DNA from: Candidatus Poriferihabitaceae bacterium | Lineage (GTDB): Bacteria; Pseudomonadota; Gammaproteobacteria; Arenicellales; Poriferihabitantaceae | Direction of reading: 5' to 3' | Length of the DNA stretch: 64,000 nucleotides | NCBI GenBank assembly: GCA_965249835.1 | Contig: CBDFMY010000003.1 | Span: 1,249,979 to 1,313,978 of the forward strand | Shown here: positions 59,568 to 64,000 of the stretch, piece after piece | Layout: each line of letters begins with the position of its first letter | Numbering within the stretch: position 1 is the stretch's first letter | Notes under the pieces: generated by a model | Told to the model about the DNA's origin: nothing | Seen by the model: the letters and a program-made list of their open reading frames with translations, nothing else | The model's database searches: none | Made by a program: the position numbers and the translations under genes

Positions 59568-60533
59568 ATGCCACGCGCACTCCATACCAATGGCCACACC
59601 CCGGTGCTGAAAGACGCCGTGATAAACGCCCTCAAAATCCACGCAGACGATCTGGTTGTTGATGCCACCTACGGGCGCGGCGGCCATGCGCGTGCCATCC
59701 TTGCGCACCTTGGCAATGGTGGCCGACTGCTCGCCATTGACCGCGACCCGGCCGCCATCGAGTGCGCACGCCACGACCTCGGTTCGGATTCCCGCGTGGA
59801 AATCATTCACGCGCCGTTTTCCCGACTCGGGGAAATTTTAGCCGAGCGCGGTCTCGGCGGTCGCGTGGCCGGCATGTTGTTTGACTTCGGCGTGTCCTCC
59901 CCTCAACTGGATGAAGCGCAGCGCGGCTTTGGTCTGAAATCCACGGGCCCGTTGGATATGCGCATGGATCCTTCCGATGGGTCGGCCGCCGCCGAATGGT
60001 TGGAAGACGTGGACGAACCGGAACTGGTGAAAGTGTTGCGCAGTTTCGGCGAAGAGCGTTTCGCCCGAAGAATCGCCCGCGCTATCAAGCAAACCCTGGC
60101 GTGCCAGCCGATTACCACTACCACCGAACTCGCCGACCTGGTCGCCGCCGCTTCGCCAACGCGCGAGGTTGGCAAACATCCCGCCACCCGAACCTTTCAA
60201 GCCATTCGCATCGCGGTCAACGACGAACTCGGCGAAGTGCGCAAAGTTCTGCCTCAAGCACTGGCCGGACTTGTCGCCGGCGGGCGACTGGTGATGATCA
60301 GTTTTCATTCGCTGGAAGATCGGCTGGTGAAACGCTTTTTTCGCGAGCAAGCCATCGGCGACCCGTATCCGCCGGACCTGCCGGTTACCGAATCGATGAA
60401 AAATCCCACGCTCAAACGGATTGGCAAACCGCAACGACCCGATGCGCGGGAAGTTGCGCGCAACCGGCGCGCAAGAAGCGCGGTGATGCGGGTTGCCGAG
60501 AAAATCGGGCGTGAGGAGAGAGGTGATTCATAA
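59568..60533 (+). CDS. rsmH: 16S rRNA (cytosine1402-N4)-methyltransferase RsmH
   Basis: HTPVLKDAVINAL, DATYGRGGHA, DFGVSSPQLD. Confidence 0.9.
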   Translation: MPRALHTNGHTPVLKDAVINALKIHADDLVVDATYGRGGHARAILAHLGNGGRLLAIDRDPAAIECARHDLGSDSRVEIIHAPFSRLGEILAERGLGGRVAGMLFDFGVSSPQLDEAQRGFGLKSTGPLDMRMDPSDGSAAAEWLEDVDEPELVKVLRSFGEERFARRIARAIKQTLACQPITTTTELADLVAAASPTREVGKHPATRTFQAIRIAVNDELGEVRKVLPQALAGLVAGGRLVMISFHSLEDRLVKRFFREQAIGDPYPPDLPVTESMKNPTLKRIGKPQRPDAREVARNRRARSAVMRVAEKIGREERGDS

Positions 60534-60820
60534 TGAATACATCCGGCATCAATAAATGGCTGGTAGTGCTGTGGCTCGCCATCGTGGTAAGTGCCATGGC
60601 CGTGGTCACGGTGCGCCACCAGAACCGTCTGGCTTTCATCGAATGGCGTCAGGTGGAAGCCGAGAAAGTTGAACTGCAATCCGAGCGCGGGCGGTTGATG
60701 TTGGAGAAAGCGACCTGGGCGAGTAGACGAAACATTATGGATGAAGCGCGTCAACGGTTGGGAATGGTGCCGCCACCACCGGATAAAATTATCACGCTCA
60801 CGCTGGAGGCCGGATCGTAG
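60533..60820 (+). CDS. ftsL: cell division protein FtsL
   Basis: 95 aa, single TM, coiled-coil. Position between rsmH and ftsI. Confidence 0.85.
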   Translation: MNTSGINKWLVVLWLAIVVSAMAVVTVRHQNRLAFIEWRQVEAEKVELQSERGRLMLEKATWASRRNIMDEARQRLGMVPPPPDKIITLTLEAGS

Positions 60821-60845
60821 CCGCGCGGCGGCAGATCCAACTCCC

Positions 60846-62603
60846 ATGTCCTCACGCAAAAAAATCAGCAAGCCGCCGGTGTGGCGTCGGCGGTTAATTT
60901 TGACCGCGATGCTGTCGGTGTTCGCGGTGTTGAATTGGCGCGTGGTGGACTTGCAACTCACCCAACACGAACACCTGCAGACGCAGGGTGATGCGCGTTA
61001 CTTACGCATTCTGACGGTGACGCCGGACCGCGGGCGCATTCTTGACCGCAACGGCGAGGTGCTGGCGGTAAGCACGCCGGTGGGTTCGTTGTGGGCCAAT
61101 CCGTCGGAGTTTTGCGCGGCGCAGGCAAGTTGGCAACCGATGCTTGCGTTGGTCAAGCTTACGCAAAAACAACTTCGCGCGGCATGTGACAAACATAACA
61201 ATTCCGACTTCATGTATATCCGGCGGCGGCTGTCACCGATGCTGGCGCAGCAGGTGCGGCAACTCGCCATTCCCGGGGTCGGGGTGCAACAGGAATACAA
61301 ACGCTACTATCCGGGCGGTCCGGCCGGCGCGCATTTGATCGGTTTCACCGATGTGGATGACATTGGCCAGGAAGGGCTGGAACGCACCCACCAGACGCAA
61401 CTCGGCGGTCATCCCGGGCGCATCGGCGTGCTCAAAGATCGAGCCGGGAATTTCGTCGAGCGGGTCGAGAGCCTTCAGCCGGTGCGTCACGGTCGGGATC
61501 TGGTCATCAGCGTTGACCAGCGCATTCAGTCGCTGGCTGGCGATTATCTCGAAGCGGCGGTGCGCAAACATCGTGCCATCGCCGGCAGTGTGGTGGTGCT
61601 GGCGGTTCCCAGCGGCGAGATTCTGGCAATGGTCAACTCCCCCCAGTTCAATCCCAACGACCGCAGCACCATGACTCGTGACGCGTTGCGAAACCGCAGC
61701 GTAACCGATCTCATTGAACCGGGTTCCACGGTCAAACCATTCACCGTGGGCATGGCACTGGAGAGTGATGAGGTGGATGCCGACACGATGGTGGACACCG
61801 CCCCCGGCACCCACCAGATTGGCGGCCACACCATCCACGATGTTCACGACTACGGAAAACTGTCGGTGGCCGATGTGTTGGTGCGATCAAGTAATGTCGG
61901 CGTCACCAAAATCGCCATGGCGTTTCCCTACGACGACCTGTTCGACACGCTGGTTGAAGTCGGTTTCGGGCAACGCGCCGCCGACCTGCCCGGCGAAGTT
62001 GCCGGTGCGCTCAAAAGACGCAATCTCGAGATTGAACACGCTACCTTGTCGTACGGCTATGGCTTCTCGGTTACGCCGTTGCAACTGGCACGCGCCTACA
62101 CCGTGTTCGCCACCGACGGCGTGTTGTTGCCGGTTACGCTAACGCCCAAAGCACCGGGTTATCACGCTGCCGGAACTCGCGTGTTTAGTTCGAAGACGGT
62201 GCGCGCCATCCGCCCCATGCTGGAGCGTGCGGCAAGCCCCGAAGGCACCGCGCGCAAGGCGCGCATTCCGCGCTATCGGGTCGGCGGCAAAACCGGCACC
62301 ATTCACAAATTACACAACGGCACCTATCAGAACAAACGCTATGTGTCGTCGTTCGCCGGCTTCGCACCGGTCTCCGACCCGAAGTTCGTCATGGTGGTGA
62401 CCGTGGATGAACCACGCGGTCAGTTTTATTACGGTGGCGATGTCGCGGCGCCGGTGTTCGCCACCTTGATGAATGACTTGATGCGACTCTACAACATCAA
62501 GCCCGATGCGGCGTTGCATGCCCCGGTTCCGGTTCAGTCTGCGCCTCAGGCGGCAAGCGCGGCAAGCGAGGTAAGCACGGCAAATCAGGAGGGCGACGCA
62601 TGA
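60846..62603 (+). CDS. ftsI: peptidoglycan D,D-transpeptidase FtsI (PBP3)
   Basis: N-terminal TM, STVKP, SSN, KTGT motifs. Confidence 0.9.
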   Translation: MSSRKKISKPPVWRRRLILTAMLSVFAVLNWRVVDLQLTQHEHLQTQGDARYLRILTVTPDRGRILDRNGEVLAVSTPVGSLWANPSEFCAAQASWQPMLALVKLTQKQLRAACDKHNNSDFMYIRRRLSPMLAQQVRQLAIPGVGVQQEYKRYYPGGPAGAHLIGFTDVDDIGQEGLERTHQTQLGGHPGRIGVLKDRAGNFVERVESLQPVRHGRDLVISVDQRIQSLAGDYLEAAVRKHRAIAGSVVVLAVPSGEILAMVNSPQFNPNDRSTMTRDALRNRSVTDLIEPGSTVKPFTVGMALESDEVDADTMVDTAPGTHQIGGHTIHDVHDYGKLSVADVLVRSSNVGVTKIAMAFPYDDLFDTLVEVGFGQRAADLPGEVAGALKRRNLEIEHATLSYGYGFSVTPLQLARAYTVFATDGVLLPVTLTPKAPGYHAAGTRVFSSKTVRAIRPMLERAASPEGTARKARIPRYRVGGKTGTIHKLHNGTYQNKRYVSSFAGFAPVSDPKFVMVVTVDEPRGQFYYGGDVAAPVFATLMNDLMRLYNIKPDAALHAPVPVQSAPQAASAASEVSTANQEGDA

Positions 62604-64000
62604 ATCCGCAAACTCGCCCGATCAACTTGCGCGGCGGGTGTAAGACACCGCCGATCAAGTCCCTCGGCGCATTGCTTGCCGGGTTGGCAACGGTAACGCC
62701 GCATAACGAACGCGGCATCAAAGGCATCAGTCTCGACAGTCGGCGGGTCAATGCCGATGACTTGTTCCTCGCCGTGCCCGGTGAGACTTGCGATGGACGC
62801 GACCACATCAAGCAAGCGATACAAAACGGTGCGGCGGCGGTGGCTTGTGAAAAATTTCGAATTGCCGGTGGTCGGGGAAATGAATGGAGCAATGAATGGA
62901 GCAATGATCGACACGCACATGGAGTGCCGAGTTTTGACATCGCCGGTCTTAAGAAAAACATCGGTGTCATCGCCGACCGCTTTTATGACCATCCTTCGGC
63001 GCGCATGCAACTCATCGGCATTACCGGCACCAACGGCAAAACCACCTGCGCCTATCTGCTGGCCCAGGCACTGCACCGCCGCGGCCAACGTTGTGCGTTA
63101 CTGAGCACCATCGGCAGCGGCTTCGTCGACCAGTTGGAACCGGCAACGCTGACCACCGTCGATGCCATCGCCACCCACCGCAAGTTGGCGGAGTTGCTGG
63201 CGGCCGGTGCCGAAGCGGTGTGCGTGGAAGTGTCGTCCCACGGGCTGGAGCAGGGGCGGGTCAATCAAGTAGCGTTTGATGTGGCATTGCTGACCAACTT
63301 AAGCCGCGATCATCTCGACTATCACCACAGCATGGAGCGCTATGCTCGCGCCAAGCGCAAACTGTTTCGCTTTGACCGACTGCAAAGCGTGGTGGTCAAT
63401 GTGGATGACGCGTTTGGCAGACGATTGCTGCGCGAGCACACCGCCGAGCAATGTTTCGGCTACGGCATCCGAGACGGCGACCTGCGCCCGCACGACCTGC
63501 AATTAAATGAAAACGGTATCGCCTTTGCGGTGGAATACCGCGAACAAACCGCGACCATCCGCTCGCCCCTGATTGGCGCGCTCAATGTTTTCAACTTATT
63601 GGCGGTCATCGCCACGCTACTCGCCTGCGGCCACGACCTTGACCGCATCGCCGCTGTCATTAGCCAATGCGGTGCGCCGCCCGGACGCATGGAGTTGCTA
63701 CGCAAAGACGCATCCCAACCCGCGGTGGTGGTGGACTACGCCCACACCCCGGACGCGTTGCAGCAGGCATTGTCTTGTTTGGCTGCGTTGTGCCGAGGGC
63801 GGCTGTGGGTGGTGTTTGGTTGTGGCGGCGACCGCGACCGCGGCAAGCGTCCGCAGATGGGCAAGGTGGCTGAGCGTTTCACCGACCGCGTGATCATCAC
63901 CGATGACAACCCGCGCACCGAGAATCCGAATGACATCGCCGCGCACATATGCAAGGGCATGACAAGGGGCATGCAGGACCAAGTCGTGGTGATCCACGAC
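62600..64000 (+). CDS. murE: UDP-MurNAc-L-Ala-D-Glu:meso-DAP ligase MurE (3' end outside window)
   Basis: Frame is open from ATG 62600 (ATGA overlap with ftsI) to the window end, so it is absent from the ORF track. GITGTNGKTT, TNLSRDHLDYH, DYAHTPDAL, GCGGDRDRGKRP. Confidence 0.9.
   Translation, partial: MNPQTRPINLRGGCKTPPIKSLGALLAGLATVTPHNERGIKGISLDSRRVNADDLFLAVPGETCDGRDHIKQAIQNGAAAVACEKFRIAGGRGNEWSNEWSNDRHAHGVPSFDIAGLKKNIGVIADRFYDHPSARMQLIGITGTNGKTTCAYLLAQALHRRGQRCALLSTIGSGFVDQLEPATLTTVDAIATHRKLAELLAAGAEAVCVEVSSHGLEQGRVNQVAFDVALLTNLSRDHLDYHHSMERYARAKRKLFRFDRLQSVVVNVDDAFGRRLLREHTAEQCFGYGIRDGDLRPHDLQLNENGIAFAVEYREQTATIRSPLIGALNVFNLLAVIATLLACGHDLDRIAAVISQCGAPPGRMELLRKDASQPAVVVDYAHTPDALQQALSCLAALCRGRLWVVFGCGGDRDRGKRPQMGKVAERFTDRVIITDDNPRTENPNDIAAHICKGMTRGMQDQVVVIHD

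Overview
64-kb chromosomal segment of a moderately GC-rich gammaproteobacterium, probably a sulfur-oxidising chemolithoautotroph (qmoAB-hdrCB, membrane H+-PPase next to a PfkA-family kinase). Conserved housekeeping blocks form the backbone: rsmI / lpoA-yraN-diaA-dolP; yibN-secB-gpsA; dapF-yigA-xerC; rpmH-rnpA-yidD-yidC-mnmE ... mnmG; mraZ-rsmH-ftsL-ftsI-murE. At least seven visibly AT-rich insertions interrupt them, carrying restriction-modification, toxin-antitoxin-like and nuclease genes, plus IS remnants and a mosaic of short interspersed repeats in many intergenic regions. Main observations: (1) The qmoAB-hdrCB operon is split exactly between qmoB and hdrC by two tandem R-M cassettes, a type II pair and an MTase-HNH fusion. 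Each is preceded by a copy of the last 331 bp of qmoB, and the joint looks like hdrC 5' end fused to qmoB 3' end. (2) A similar, smaller event lies at the 3' end of hppA: 37-bp direct repeats flank an HTH-only cassette, followed by a small-ORF / zeta-like kinase / DUF4268-like nuclease module. (3) A MotA/MotB-like stator pair sits between mnmE and mnmG; its B subunit carries about 250 aa of coiled coil and no obvious peptidoglycan-binding domain. (4) A decayed island downstream of hdrB holds a TA remnant, a truncated MTase, and a winged-helix-HNH nuclease with an in-frame TGA at a conserved Trp position and an A9 frameshift. (5) Nested MITE-like repeats and two IS30-family 3' stubs abut qmoA and rpmH. 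No rRNA, tRNA or CRISPR array was seen. Gene starts were adjusted by eye. Family calls rest on motifs and synteny only; no searches were run.
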